A stretch of DNA of 56,149 nt from Minisyncoccia bacterium (GCA_050008535.1 JBEKML010000002.1:90732-146880), one strand, 5' to 3'; positions 10,537 through 20,087 are shown, counted from the stretch's first letter. Numbers and translations are program-made. The notes: generated by a model not told the origin, from the sequence alone.

Positions 10537-11297
10537 GAAATATTTTCATCATTGCGAAAAATACTTTAAAGCTGGAGATCCGCGACAAGATCCTCTACGG
10601 CATCATCGTGTTCGGCCTGCTCTACGTGCTTTTTGAGCTTTTTCTCGCGGACCTTGTGCTCAAAGAACTTCCTATGGTGAAAAGCTTCGGCCTCACCGGC
10701 ATCTATTTCTTCAGTGCGATCATTGCGCTTTTCTTGGGCACCACATCGTTCTTCAAGGATGTGGACCGGAAAGTGGTCTATTTCATCCTTTCAAAGCCGG
10801 TCTCGCGGGCGCAGTTCCTGCTTGGGAAGTTCTTCGGCCTTTGCGCGGTGCTCCTACTCACGACCGCCATCCTTGCCGTGGCATATTTAGGGCTTATTGC
10901 TTACGAACACGGCGGATTTGACGGGCTGGGCCTCCTTGCTATCTGCATGCAATATTTTGAGATGGCGCTTTTCATCGCCTTCGCGCTTTTCGTGTCCACC
11001 TTTTCGAGCTCGCTTCTTTCCATCGTGTATACCTCGGCGGTGTTCTTCCTCGGCCATATCGTAAGCTCGCTCATTGAGGATGCAAAGGCAATCGGCCTCA
11101 CGGGCGTTAAATTCGCCCTCGTGGAAACTTTGTATTATATTTTCCCGAATTTGGAAAAGTTCAACGTGCGCGACCTCGCCGTTCATAACGTTGCGACGCC
11201 GTTCGTTTCTTTCGGGCTCGCGTTCGCCTATGCGGCGGTCTACATTATCTTCCTCCTCGCGGTCGCCGTGGGGATTTTCAATAAAAAAGAAATCTGA
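10533..11297 (+). CDS. ABC-2 type permease (PilI-like)
   Basis: About 6 TM segments; ILSKPVSRAQFLLGKF motif; ATGA overlap with the ATPase gene. Confidence 0.88.
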   Translation: MRNIFIIAKNTLKLEIRDKILYGIIVFGLLYVLFELFLADLVLKELPMVKSFGLTGIYFFSAIIALFLGTTSFFKDVDRKVVYFILSKPVSRAQFLLGKFFGLCAVLLLTTAILAVAYLGLIAYEHGGFDGLGLLAICMQYFEMALFIAFALFVSTFSSSLLSIVYTSAVFFLGHIVSSLIEDAKAIGLTGVKFALVETLYYIFPNLEKFNVRDLAVHNVATPFVSFGLAFAYAAVYIIFLLAVAVGIFNKKEI

Positions 11298-12157
11298 TGG
11301 CGCGCGTGGGCATGATTCCAAAGATCATTCTTCTCGTACTGCTCTTGGGCGGCGTGATGGGGCTGCAGGTTGCTTATGATCGCACGAAGCCCGCACCCAT
11401 TGCCGGCGCGGGCGGCGGTCTGCCTCCAAGCATGATCCGGATGGCGGATATAGGATTTCATCCGGCGATGGCGTCGTTCCTGTGGGCGGCGACGATGCCG
11501 GAAATTCTGGACCTTTTCCACGGGCGGAAGGGATATTTAGCGGACCTTGCGTTCCTGAATACGGTTGATCCAAAAATGGGCTATCCCTACGCCTTTTCCG
11601 TGCTCACGCTTCCGGCGTTGCCGAGGGCGGTGCTTCCCGATGGGGTCGCGGAGGCACAGGCGATCGGCCTGCGGGGGATCGCGAACGGCGACCCCGACTG
11701 GCGCATCCCGTATTATATGGCGATCAATTATTATCTGGAGCTCAAAGACCTGAAGGATGCCACCTGGTATTTCAATGTTGCGGCGGATACTCCCGGCGTT
11801 CCCTCATACGCCAAGCGGTTCGCGTTGAATTTCGGCATCAACCAAAAAGAGCGTGACCGCGTCCGCAATCTTTGGGCAACGGTGTACGAAAGCTCGAACG
11901 ATCCCGATACGAAAGCGCGCGCGGCGGCGTACGTGGAGCGGCTGAACGATTTTGATTACTTGGAAGCGGCGGCAAAAGCGTACAAGCAGAAATACGGTTC
12001 CTATCCGAGCTCCGTAGATGCGCTCGTTGCGCGCGGTATCATCCCGCAGGTGCCGCAGGATCCGCTCGGTTTCACGTTCATCATTAATTCCGACGGGACG
12101 GCCGGAATAGATTTAATCAACTTGCCGGCGTATATCAACGCGGCGCCCGCGCAATAA
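11297..12157 (+). CDS. membrane-anchored TPR-like protein (PilG/XapA-like)
   Basis: N-terminal TM; PDWRIPYYMAINYYLELKD helical-repeat motif; C-terminal YKQKYGSYP..L...G.I...P.DP.G; coupled to the ABC pair. Confidence 0.65.
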   Translation: MARVGMIPKIILLVLLLGGVMGLQVAYDRTKPAPIAGAGGGLPPSMIRMADIGFHPAMASFLWAATMPEILDLFHGRKGYLADLAFLNTVDPKMGYPYAFSVLTLPALPRAVLPDGVAEAQAIGLRGIANGDPDWRIPYYMAINYYLELKDLKDATWYFNVAADTPGVPSYAKRFALNFGINQKERDRVRNLWATVYESSNDPDTKARAAAYVERLNDFDYLEAAAKAYKQKYGSYPSSVDALVARGIIPQVPQDPLGFTFIINSDGTAGIDLINLPAYINAAPAQ

Positions 12158-13004
12158 ATTTCCGGATAGCCCGGACGACGCCGGCTTCTTTTCCTTTGAA
12201 GCTGTGCCGCGCCTTCGGGACGATCGTTATTGAATGATGGCGCGACCGGACGTTTTCCTTGAACCATGCAGCGATCTCTTTGATGCTCCGATCGCGGTAT
12301 TCATCGTTTCCGGCGAACATGGTGAGCAGGGGAACGATTATTTTTTGAAGCGCGCGCGGCGCTTTTCCGGGTTGCGCATAGGGAAAAATTTCCTCTTTGC
12401 TCTCCGGCGTGTATAGACTAAGGAATCGCTGCGCGTCAATGAGCTCCGGCCAGATATTTTTGGGCAGGAGGTCGTGCGGTTTCTTTTGTGTGACCAGTTT
12501 CCGCGCCGTCGCCTGCGCCCGCTTCAATTTTTTTGCGGGAGTAAATTTCTTTATGCCCGCATAGTCGCTTATCGGACAGAGGAGCGCCGCACCGCTGATC
12601 TTTCTTTGTTTGTTCTTTTGGCTTAAATAATAAGCGATCTTCTGGCAGCCCGTGGAGTGCCCGACCAGATAGATTTTTTTTGCTTTGGCTTTGCGAAGCA
12701 GGTTCACGGCCCCTTGAATATCATCAACGCATTCCGTGAATATCTCGTGGGCCTTGCCGCCCGGTTTCCGCCGGCGCCCCCTTCGTATTCCCGCTACCGT
12801 ATCGTGGCCGCGATTGTTGAAAAAAAGAACGGCCGTGTCTTTCCCCGCGAGCGGCGTGAGGAAATTGTGGTGGGCGAACACATTTGAACCAAGGCCATGA
12901 ACGAAAACAATACCTCGTTTGGGGCGTCTGCCGCCGAACCACAGCCCGTGAAACACGTATTTTTTGGGCGTGATGATCACGACGGGCAGGCAGCCTTTCT
13001 CCAT
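12135..13004 (-). CDS. alpha/beta hydrolase (DUF1749-like)
   Basis: FVHGLGS oxyanion loop, GHSTGCQ nucleophile elbow, D and H candidates (GNDEY, ARHSF). Confidence 0.85.
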   Translation of the reverse strand: MEKGCLPVVIITPKKYVFHGLWFGGRRPKRGIVFVHGLGSNVFAHHNFLTPLAGKDTAVLFFNNRGHDTVAGIRRGRRRKPGGKAHEIFTECVDDIQGAVNLLRKAKAKKIYLVGHSTGCQKIAYYLSQKNKQRKISGAALLCPISDYAGIKKFTPAKKLKRAQATARKLVTQKKPHDLLPKNIWPELIDAQRFLSLYTPESKEEIFPYAQPGKAPRALQKIIVPLLTMFAGNDEYRDRSIKEIAAWFKENVRSRHHSITIVPKARHSFKGKEAGVVRAIRKFIARAPR

Positions 13005-13008
13005 CTCG

Positions 13009-14310
13009 CTAATTGTGCGTGGCCGGCGTAGGGGCGGGCGCTGACATCGGTACAGGGAGCGGCGGTGGCAATGGCGGATAAACGACATTCTTTGCGTTTA
13101 TGATGCTCGTAACCTGCGACAAAACATTTTTCAGACGATCGAGGAGGCCGGTCAGTTGCAATACGGCGCCGACCTGGATCGGGCTTTGTACGGTGATGGT
13201 TTGGCCGTTCTGGGTTTGGATGATGAACGAGCCGTCGGTATTCACCTGCGTCACGGTACCGGTATACGTTGATGGGGTGGCAGGGATAGAGAGATCGCGG
13301 ACAATGTCGGCGGTCAAAGTCTGGCCGTTGTCGGTGGTTTCGCCATAGACGTTCAACACGTCGCCGACATTCAGGTTTGAAAGCGAAAGCTGCGTCCGGT
13401 TGGCATCAAGCAGGATCGTCTGCGCATCAACCGTAACGACGTATTTGCGGAGCGCGATCCAGCTTGGCATCATCGCGGCGGGCGGGGTTACGTCTTTCGT
13501 CGCCGCGTTGCCCGAAAAAGACGAAACTCCCATCGGGCACGCATAGGGCTGTTTTATAGAATTCGTATCAAACAAGTAGCACGGTGCGGCTTGTTGCTGG
13601 GTCACAGCGATCGTCGCGGGGATGCTTGTCCCGGATATTGAAACGATTTCCACGTTGTTAAGCTGGAGCGTTTGTGTCTGCACCGGTTTTGAAAGGTCGC
13701 GGACAAGATAGGCCTGGATGCTGCCATCGGCGTTGTAATAACCGAAAACGTTGATCTGATCTCCAGCGGCGAAATCGTTCAATGTGGCGCTCGTCCGGTC
13801 GCGGAGCGAGAGCTGCGTTGAGGCATCAACTTCAATGCGATAAGGCTGATAGCGGAAAGGAGGATATATGGACGGCTCCGGCTTTGTTGTCCCGCCCGTG
13901 CCCGCATTTACGCCCTGAGTTGTTGCGGTGCTCGTAGTAGTGGTGGGCGGTACAGGACATGTGACCGCAGTGCCGCTTGCGGCGCTTTGCGAGTTAAAGC
14001 GATAACATTTTACGGTTGATTGGGTCGTGGGCGTTGCGGCAGCGGAGCCGACGCTCGTGCCCCCGCTCACGGCAGGACTATTGTAGATCACGGGGAAGAT
14101 GCTTTGATCCGTGGCGAGAATTTCCGCAGGTGGGTTGGATGCCGAAACACTTTGCACCGTCAGATTATTAAATTGAATGAAACCGTTCGCCGGCTGGACC
14201 GGCATCGCCGTTTGGGCGTTCACATTCAGCGCGGCGCCGAAGGAACCCATAACAACGCCTACGACCAAAACCGCCACCGCGCCCCCCGCAAAAATAAATG
14301 TTTTCTTCAT
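13009..14310 (-). CDS. secreted/surface protein with duplicated DUF5666-like beta modules
   Basis: Signal-like MKKTFIFAGGAVAVLVVG; two similar modules ending in VRDLS; T/P-rich linkers. Confidence 0.8.
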   Translation of the reverse strand: MKKTFIFAGGAVAVLVVGVVMGSFGAALNVNAQTAMPVQPANGFIQFNNLTVQSVSASNPPAEILATDQSIFPVIYNSPAVSGGTSVGSAAATPTTQSTVKCYRFNSQSAASGTAVTCPVPPTTTTSTATTQGVNAGTGGTTKPEPSIYPPFRYQPYRIEVDASTQLSLRDRTSATLNDFAAGDQINVFGYYNADGSIQAYLVRDLSKPVQTQTLQLNNVEIVSISGTSIPATIAVTQQQAAPCYLFDTNSIKQPYACPMGVSSFSGNAATKDVTPPAAMMPSWIALRKYVVTVDAQTILLDANRTQLSLSNLNVGDVLNVYGETTDNGQTLTADIVRDLSIPATPSTYTGTVTQVNTDGSFIIQTQNGQTITVQSPIQVGAVLQLTGLLDRLKNVLSQVTSIINAKNVVYPPLPPPLPVPMSAPAPTPATHN

Positions 14311-14354
14311 ATTCATATTATATACCGTTTGATAGGCGATTACGTTACACACAA

Positions 14355-14383
14355 TTGACTGGTTTTTATCAATAGGGTACATT
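14355..14383 (+). promoter_or_regulatory. sigma70-like promoter
   Basis: TTGACT-N17-TACATT. Confidence 0.5.
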
Positions 14384-14433
14384 AGAAAAAGCAGGCTGTA
14401 CCACGCTAGCTAAGAAGGGAGTTTTGAGGGGAT

Positions 14434-14915
14434 ATGAAGACCTGTCCCTTTCGTCCATGGCAGCACGGCGCGCGCGTCATTGCTGCTACTTTCCTGATGT
14501 GTATGGCGGCGCCTTACGTCGTCAGAAAGGAGGTTGGCCTTCCGAGACGGATGCATCCACTGAGGATAATGAACTTACCGCGGCGCTACTGTTCGCGGCG
14601 AGGTTCGCAGTGGCGGGGCACTCGGCATTGGCGGCGATGCATTGCGGGGTGATGAGCAGTATGGATTGGAGAACAGATCCCGCAATTGCGCAGCAGGCAG
14701 CTTCTATCACTCGCGCGTGGCGTGTCAGCCCTTGTGCCGACACCGCGCCGCACACACCCCCAACTTCACAAATTCATCCTCCCAAAAGGGCTCCGCGGCT
14801 CATGGCGGGGCCAACTACGGCAGTAGCGCCGAAGCCGCTCGACAGGCACCAGGAGAAATCTGGAGGGCCGTTGCGCCCACCAGCGTTTTTCACTCTTCGC
14901 CTCGGCAGAGCATGA
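14434..14915 (+). pseudogene. possible frameshifted or ambiguous hypothetical gene
   Basis: SD GAGGGG + ATG 14434 opens a 72-aa ORF with a hydrophobic N-terminus; the overlapping -1 frame runs to 14915, just before the terminator repeat. Confidence 0.3.
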
Positions 14916-14940
14916 GCTTTCCTTCTCCAGCCTCATTATC

Positions 14941-14993
14941 ATCAGAGGTGGGCCACTTCCGCCGTCGTGCGCGCGGAGGTGGCCCTTTTTCTT
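14941..14993 (+). repeat. 53-bp direct repeat, copy 1 (terminator-like hairpin)
   Basis: ATCAGAGGTGGGCCACTTCCGCCGTCGTGCGCGCGGAGGTGGCCCTTTTTCTT, identical to 16723-16775. Confidence 0.95.
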
Positions 14994-15098
14994 GGGAAGG
15001 CCAATTGACCTCGCCATCCTTCTTGCCATAGTATGGGGATGTCCTTTGTCAACAGATTTACGTAAATCCCTGATTGAAGATTGGAGAGAGGTAGGCAT

Positions 15099-16706
15099 AT
15101 GGGGACTAAAACGGCGCTACTTTCCGTTTACAACAAAACGGGGATAGCGGAGTTCGCGCAAGCGCTGATTTCCCGGGGTTGGAATATTCTCGCCTCCGGG
15201 GGAACGGCGCGGGTGCTTCGATTAGGAGGCGTCGCGGTGCGCGACGTTGGCGACATCGTGGGGAAGCCGATTCTTGGCCACCGCGTTGTCTCGCTCTCAC
15301 GGGAAGTCCATGCAGCGCTTCTTTCGCGGCCCACATCGGACGACGAGGCGGAACTCGCTCGGTTGGGACTTCCTCGCATTGACCTCGTGTGTGTCGATCT
15401 TTACCCGTTGAACGCCGCCATTACAGACCCTCAGGCGACGCGTTCCTCGGTCATCGAGATGACGGATGTCGGCGGACCGACGATGCTGCACTCGGCTGCC
15501 AAGGGAGAGCGCATCGTCATCTGCGATCCGGCAGATCGGCAGGCGGTTATCGATTGGCTCGACGCCGGCTGCCCCGACCAAGAGAGTTTCATTGACCAAC
15601 TGGATGCCAAAGCGGACGCCATTGTGGCGGCCTACTGTCTCATCTCAAGCTGGTTTCGCAGCGGGGGCTACTTCGACGGACTCGTCGGCGCGCTCGGTAC
15701 CGAATGCAGATACGGCGAGAACGCCTGGCAAGGCCCGGCGGGCCTCTTTCGGAAACTTGGGGAAAATGACCCGCTCGCACTCCACAAATTCCGCGTCGTT
15801 GCAGGAAGCGCGCCAAGCTACAACAACTTCTGCGACCTCGACCGGATGCTTCAGACGGTGACGCACATAACCGCGGCTTTCGAGACCAACGCCGGCTTGC
15901 TCCCAAAGATCGCCGTCGCGGTGAAGCACGGCAATTGTTGCGGCGCATCTTTCGAGTCGGCGGATCTTCTGCAGGTTGTCGAGGCGATGGTCTCCGGAGA
16001 TACCCGCGCCATCTTCGGCGGTCTTGTCATGACGACGTTTCCCGTCGATCTGGCGATCGCCGAAGCGCTCGTCAACGCGCACACCTCAGGTACGAAACGG
16101 CTTCTGGACGGGGTCGTCGCTCCCTCCTTTGAGCAGGAGGCCATTGAAGTCCTCGCTCGCAAAGCAGGAAAGTGCCGCCTCATCGAAAATCGGGCGCTTG
16201 GCATGCTTACTGCGGCAAGCTTGAACGGCGAGACGAGGCTCCGGCAGGTTCGCGGAGGGTTTCTGAGGCAACCCAATTACACCTACGTGATCAATCTGAG
16301 CGACCCTCAGGTCAAGCACGTCGGTACGGTGACAACGCGTCAGAAATTGGACCTCCTTCTGGCGTGGGCCATCGGCTCGACCAGCAACAGCAATACGGTG
16401 ACGCTCGTCAAGCAATGGCAGCTCATCGGCAACGGTGTTGGCCAGCAGGATCGGGTCGGGTGCTGCGAACTCGCCATCAAGCGCGCGAGGGACGCGGGCC
16501 ACGATACCGAAGGGGCAGTCGCCTACAGCGACAGCTTCTTCCCTTTCCCCGATGGCCCGGAGGCGCTCGCCAATGCGGGCGTGAAGGCCATTCTGACCTC
16601 AAGCGGTTCCGTGAAGGACGCCGCGGTCGAGGCGGTATGCTCGGCCCATGGCGTTTCTCTGATCATGGTCCCGGATGCTCTGGGGCGGGGATTCTACGGC
16701 CACTAG
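15099..16706 (+). CDS. purH: bifunctional AICAR transformylase/IMP cyclohydrolase
   Basis: ALLSVYNKTG, ASGGTA, DVGGPTM, RYGEN, SYNN..D, KHGN.CG, GVGQQDRV and SDSFFPF motifs; SD GAGGT. Confidence 0.95.
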   Translation: MGTKTALLSVYNKTGIAEFAQALISRGWNILASGGTARVLRLGGVAVRDVGDIVGKPILGHRVVSLSREVHAALLSRPTSDDEAELARLGLPRIDLVCVDLYPLNAAITDPQATRSSVIEMTDVGGPTMLHSAAKGERIVICDPADRQAVIDWLDAGCPDQESFIDQLDAKADAIVAAYCLISSWFRSGGYFDGLVGALGTECRYGENAWQGPAGLFRKLGENDPLALHKFRVVAGSAPSYNNFCDLDRMLQTVTHITAAFETNAGLLPKIAVAVKHGNCCGASFESADLLQVVEAMVSGDTRAIFGGLVMTTFPVDLAIAEALVNAHTSGTKRLLDGVVAPSFEQEAIEVLARKAGKCRLIENRALGMLTAASLNGETRLRQVRGGFLRQPNYTYVINLSDPQVKHVGTVTTRQKLDLLLAWAIGSTSNSNTVTLVKQWQLIGNGVGQQDRVGCCELAIKRARDAGHDTEGAVAYSDSFFPFPDGPEALANAGVKAILTSSGSVKDAAVEAVCSAHGVSLIMVPDALGRGFYGH

Positions 16707-16722
16707 CAGTCGAAAGCCACTT

Positions 16723-16775
16723 ATCAGAGGTGGGCCACTTCCGCCGTCGTGCGCGCGGAGGTGGCCCTTTTTCTT
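16723..16775 (+). repeat. 53-bp direct repeat, copy 2 (purH terminator)
   Basis: Identical to 14941-14993; GC stem followed by a long T run. Confidence 0.95.
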
Positions 16776-16877
16776 TTTTTTATAATACTTTTTTCTTGCG
16801 ATGCACTCTGTCCCGCTTTTGAGTAAATAAAGGAAAGGGGCGGCCTGCACGCTGGTTGGTGCGAAGCCGCCCCGAAA

Positions 16878-19757
16878 CTATTGCCGTGGCCTTGTCGGCC
16901 TTGGCACTGGAACCGGCTCGCGGCCGAATCTTCGCGAGACCGGAGTAAAGAGCGTTTCCGACGTTTGAGCGGATCTGACCTGCTCATCCGTCAGGAATAT
17001 GGGATGGTACATGTTCTTGAGCCAGCGCTCGAACATATTCCCATATCCTGCTGTGCCGGGCACTGAACTTTGCCCCCACACCGTGATGGAGGAGGCCCGA
17101 ATGCCGTTCGGCGGGAGCGAGGCGATGAGCCGGCTTACGGCTCCGCCCGAGAAATTGAACGCGTTGGCATCCTGACCGTCCAACGGATGTCCCGCAACAT
17201 CCGGTGTGCCATAGCCTCCGCCGCGTGAAATGCCGGAGAGTCCAGGCGACAGATTCGCGAAGCCGCCTGCTGGAGGGACGTTGAAATCTCCGTTCAGGGG
17301 GCTGTAGATGATCAGCCGGTGCAGTTTACCCCAGCGGTAATCATCCAAGTTCTCTGAGCCATTGAACGCCGGGGCGAAGGCCGGACCCTTCAAGAGATCC
17401 AGCGCTTTCCGGAGGCACCGGAGAATGACGGTATCCCGGTCCGCTTGGAAGAAGTTGACGCCGGAGGCGCCGCGGCCCTTCATGGTCGGAGAGTTGTCGA
17501 GAAGAATCCGCAGCAGCGAGAGTTGCTGGTCGGCGGGCGGGCAGTAGTTGCCGAGCCCCATCTGCTGGAAAGGGGTCTGAATTACATCAATGACAAACTG
17601 CCCTCTCCAAACTGCGTACAGGGTCGCCGCAACGCTGCTCGCGACTTCTTCCCGTGATGGGTCGTTGGGGCTGTCTGGTCCGCGACCCAATGTGTATCCT
17701 TCGCGGATACCTGGCGGGCTCGAGAAGTCCCAGTGTGCGAGACGGTCGATAGCTTCCGCCATCCGTCGGTCATTGGCGAGCGCCTTGAGCTCGGCCGCCG
17801 TATCGGGTTTCTGCGCATTCGCGAATGCGGCGACGAGATAGGGGACAAACACCTTCGCGTCGTGCGAGACGGTGCTTGCCTGAATTACTGGCAAGTCGGC
17901 GAAGGTGATCTTGTGGCCGTTGGCCGCGAGACCCCGAATCATCTCCGTGATGGTGGCGATCCGCAATCCTCGCTCGAAACTTTCCGCGAGGAGGTAGATA
18001 CCTCCACCGGGCCGCATGTGCCCGAGGGGATCATTCCCAACGCTCACTCCCACCGGGTCGTTGTTCCCGGCGACGAGGAATCCTTGTTCGGGATTGATCG
18101 AAAAGGGCATTTCGGCCCTCGGAATGATCTCGAACGGGACGACTTGGCCGGGCTGCGGATTTCGGAGCTCTTGCCATTCGTTCCGGTCGCTCGTCCCATC
18201 TTGGATGAAAGACGGGGACATTCCCATGGTAGGTTTGCCGGTGGATTGGTCGAAAGCTTGGAGGCGTTTCCGCAGCGGGACCTCGCCCGTTACGAAGCAG
18301 GCGATGTTCCCGTCCACGTCCGCGTAGCCCCAGTTGGTGCCACCGACGGAGTGGTACTGGAGGGCTTTCCGGAAATCGTCCAGACCTCGCGCGCAGGCAA
18401 ACCCTTTGTAGGCTTGGAATTCCTGCGTTGCGTACAGCCCCGTCCATTGGGTGCTGAAAGCAATGCCGGTATTCGGGTCAATCTTGATCAGCGGCCCATG
18501 CCGCCGAACGATGTAGGTGACCCCGCCGCTGAAGCGGTCCACTTCCATCGGAACGATGTCGTCGACGCCGTCTCCCCGGTTGATGAAGAACTTTTGGGGG
18601 ATTACGTCGAGAGGCTCAACTCGTCCTTCAAAGATAGTTCCTGTCGGTGTGCCTGAGGATCCATCACTGATTTTTTCCTGGCGGATGTCCGTTACGGACA
18701 ATGGCGTCATCTGCAAATTCCAGCAGATGCGCTCATTGCACCCGCAGATGATCGCGGGGACGCCGGCGAGCGTCATGCCCGCAGCGTTCATTGGTTGACC
18801 AGGGTCGCTCACGATGAGATGCGTTTCGAACAATTCCCACAATGGGCCGAAGTCCAAATGCGGGTCGTTGCCAATCATGGGGTGGCCGGTATCGGTCAGC
18901 TCGCCGCTGATCAAAAACCAGTTGCTCCCGTGAAGAGCGGCGCCCGGTTGCCGTGCCAAGATCGGCAGGCTGTTCGGCGAATTCTCGCGATACTGCCGCG
19001 CAATCCTGAATGTTTCAGGATTGACCTGCTGTGTTGTCGCGGCAGTCGTTGCGGTTGTTGCGGGGTAATTGAGAAGCCAGTCGGGGATCGTGAAGACCGG
19101 CTCGAACGGCGCGAACCGCCGAGCGTCTTCGAAAAACAACTTCGTCCCGTCGAACCCGTGGGTCATGCCGGCAGCTTGATGTGCCGCAAGGGCGATAGAG
19201 TTGTCGATCGCCCCTTCCCCATAGGACAGCATGAAGCTGAAGAACTTCAATACGGCGACGCTGTCCAATGCCGTCCAGCGGGGGATGCTGGCCCGGGTCA
19301 ATTTCAGTGCGGCGAACTCCGGCGGCAACTCTGTGGTTAGATTATCCAGCCACGCGTTGACTCCCGAGGCATACGCCTCGAGTTCGGCACGGATTTCCGC
19401 CGGATAGGTGTCCAGCGACAGTTGCGCGGCGCGGCGCAGGCCGATCGTACGCAACCACGGATCGAGCCGGGGGGAATCGTAATGCTCCCCAAGCAGTTCG
19501 GCTGACGTCCCGCTTGCGAGACGCCTGCGCCAGTCCATGGCGAAGAGGCAGCACTGGGCATGAAGATATCCCAGGGCCGCCGCCGCATCAGCCGCATTTT
19601 GGGCGTGGATGTGCGGGACACGATCTTCGTCCCACGCTACCCGAACCCCAGAATGCAGTATGTTGAGCCGGATCACTTCCAGCTCGCCGGTGCCTGTCGC
19701 CGTATGCATTCCAAGCAACAGCAACAAGATTACGACCGTTTTTCTGGTATCCATCAT
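16878..19757 (-). CDS. penicillin acylase / AHL-acylase family Ntn-hydrolase, secreted
   Basis: Signal peptide; VPHIHA..ALGYLHAQ; beta-subunit start GSNW..SG..T.TG.PM..NDPHL; NWGYADVDGNI; WGKLH; SD GGGAGG. Confidence 0.92.
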   Translation of the reverse strand: MMDTRKTVVILLLLLGMHTATGTGELEVIRLNILHSGVRVAWDEDRVPHIHAQNAADAAAALGYLHAQCCLFAMDWRRRLASGTSAELLGEHYDSPRLDPWLRTIGLRRAAQLSLDTYPAEIRAELEAYASGVNAWLDNLTTELPPEFAALKLTRASIPRWTALDSVAVLKFFSFMLSYGEGAIDNSIALAAHQAAGMTHGFDGTKLFFEDARRFAPFEPVFTIPDWLLNYPATTATTAATTQQVNPETFRIARQYRENSPNSLPILARQPGAALHGSNWFLISGELTDTGHPMIGNDPHLDFGPLWELFETHLIVSDPGQPMNAAGMTLAGVPAIICGCNERICWNLQMTPLSVTDIRQEKISDGSSGTPTGTIFEGRVEPLDVIPQKFFINRGDGVDDIVPMEVDRFSGGVTYIVRRHGPLIKIDPNTGIAFSTQWTGLYATQEFQAYKGFACARGLDDFRKALQYHSVGGTNWGYADVDGNIACFVTGEVPLRKRLQAFDQSTGKPTMGMSPSFIQDGTSDRNEWQELRNPQPGQVVPFEIIPRAEMPFSINPEQGFLVAGNNDPVGVSVGNDPLGHMRPGGGIYLLAESFERGLRIATITEMIRGLAANGHKITFADLPVIQASTVSHDAKVFVPYLVAAFANAQKPDTAAELKALANDRRMAEAIDRLAHWDFSSPPGIREGYTLGRGPDSPNDPSREEVASSVAATLYAVWRGQFVIDVIQTPFQQMGLGNYCPPADQQLSLLRILLDNSPTMKGRGASGVNFFQADRDTVILRCLRKALDLLKGPAFAPAFNGSENLDDYRWGKLHRLIIYSPLNGDFNVPPAGGFANLSPGLSGISRGGGYGTPDVAGHPLDGQDANAFNFSGGAVSRLIASLPPNGIRASSITVWGQSSVPGTAGYGNMFERWLKNMYHPIFLTDEQVRSAQTSETLFTPVSRRFGREPVPVPRPTRPRQ

Positions 19758-19961
19758 ACTCTCAGCCTCCCTTTCCCATTCCTAACATTCCGTTAAAACG
19801 AGTTAACGAGCTGATGTGATGCTACATAATTCACGGTTTTTTGTCTATGCGATACGTTCTACCCGTGGCCGAGTTGTCCATCGGCGCGGGGCGAATACAA
19901 TCAACACAATCTTGAGTTTAAGATCGAATTGTCGTGAGCGGGACTGGTCAGCAATAAGGAC

Positions 19962-19990
19962 TTGACGAATAATGAATATTGAATTATAAT
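19962..19990 (+). promoter_or_regulatory. near-consensus sigma70 promoter of the five-gene operon
   Basis: TTGACG-N17-TATAAT. Confidence 0.8.
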
Positions 19991-20087
19991 CTTGGGCGAA
20001 TATAGGTAGGACTGAAACTGCCTGTATAGATCTTTTTCAACTGAATATCAGCTAACAGAAAAGGTTTACAGAAAGGAAGGGACGAAG

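Noticed and set aside
14941-15098. ZMP/ZTP (pfl) riboswitch upstream of purH
   Set aside because: No recognisable pfl consensus; the hairpin lies upstream of the likely promoter (TTGACC at 15005) and recurs downstream of the gene
14941-16775. CRISPR array or integron attC sites
   Set aside because: Only two copies 1.8 kb apart; no cas or integrase genes; no RYYYAAC/GTTRRRY ends
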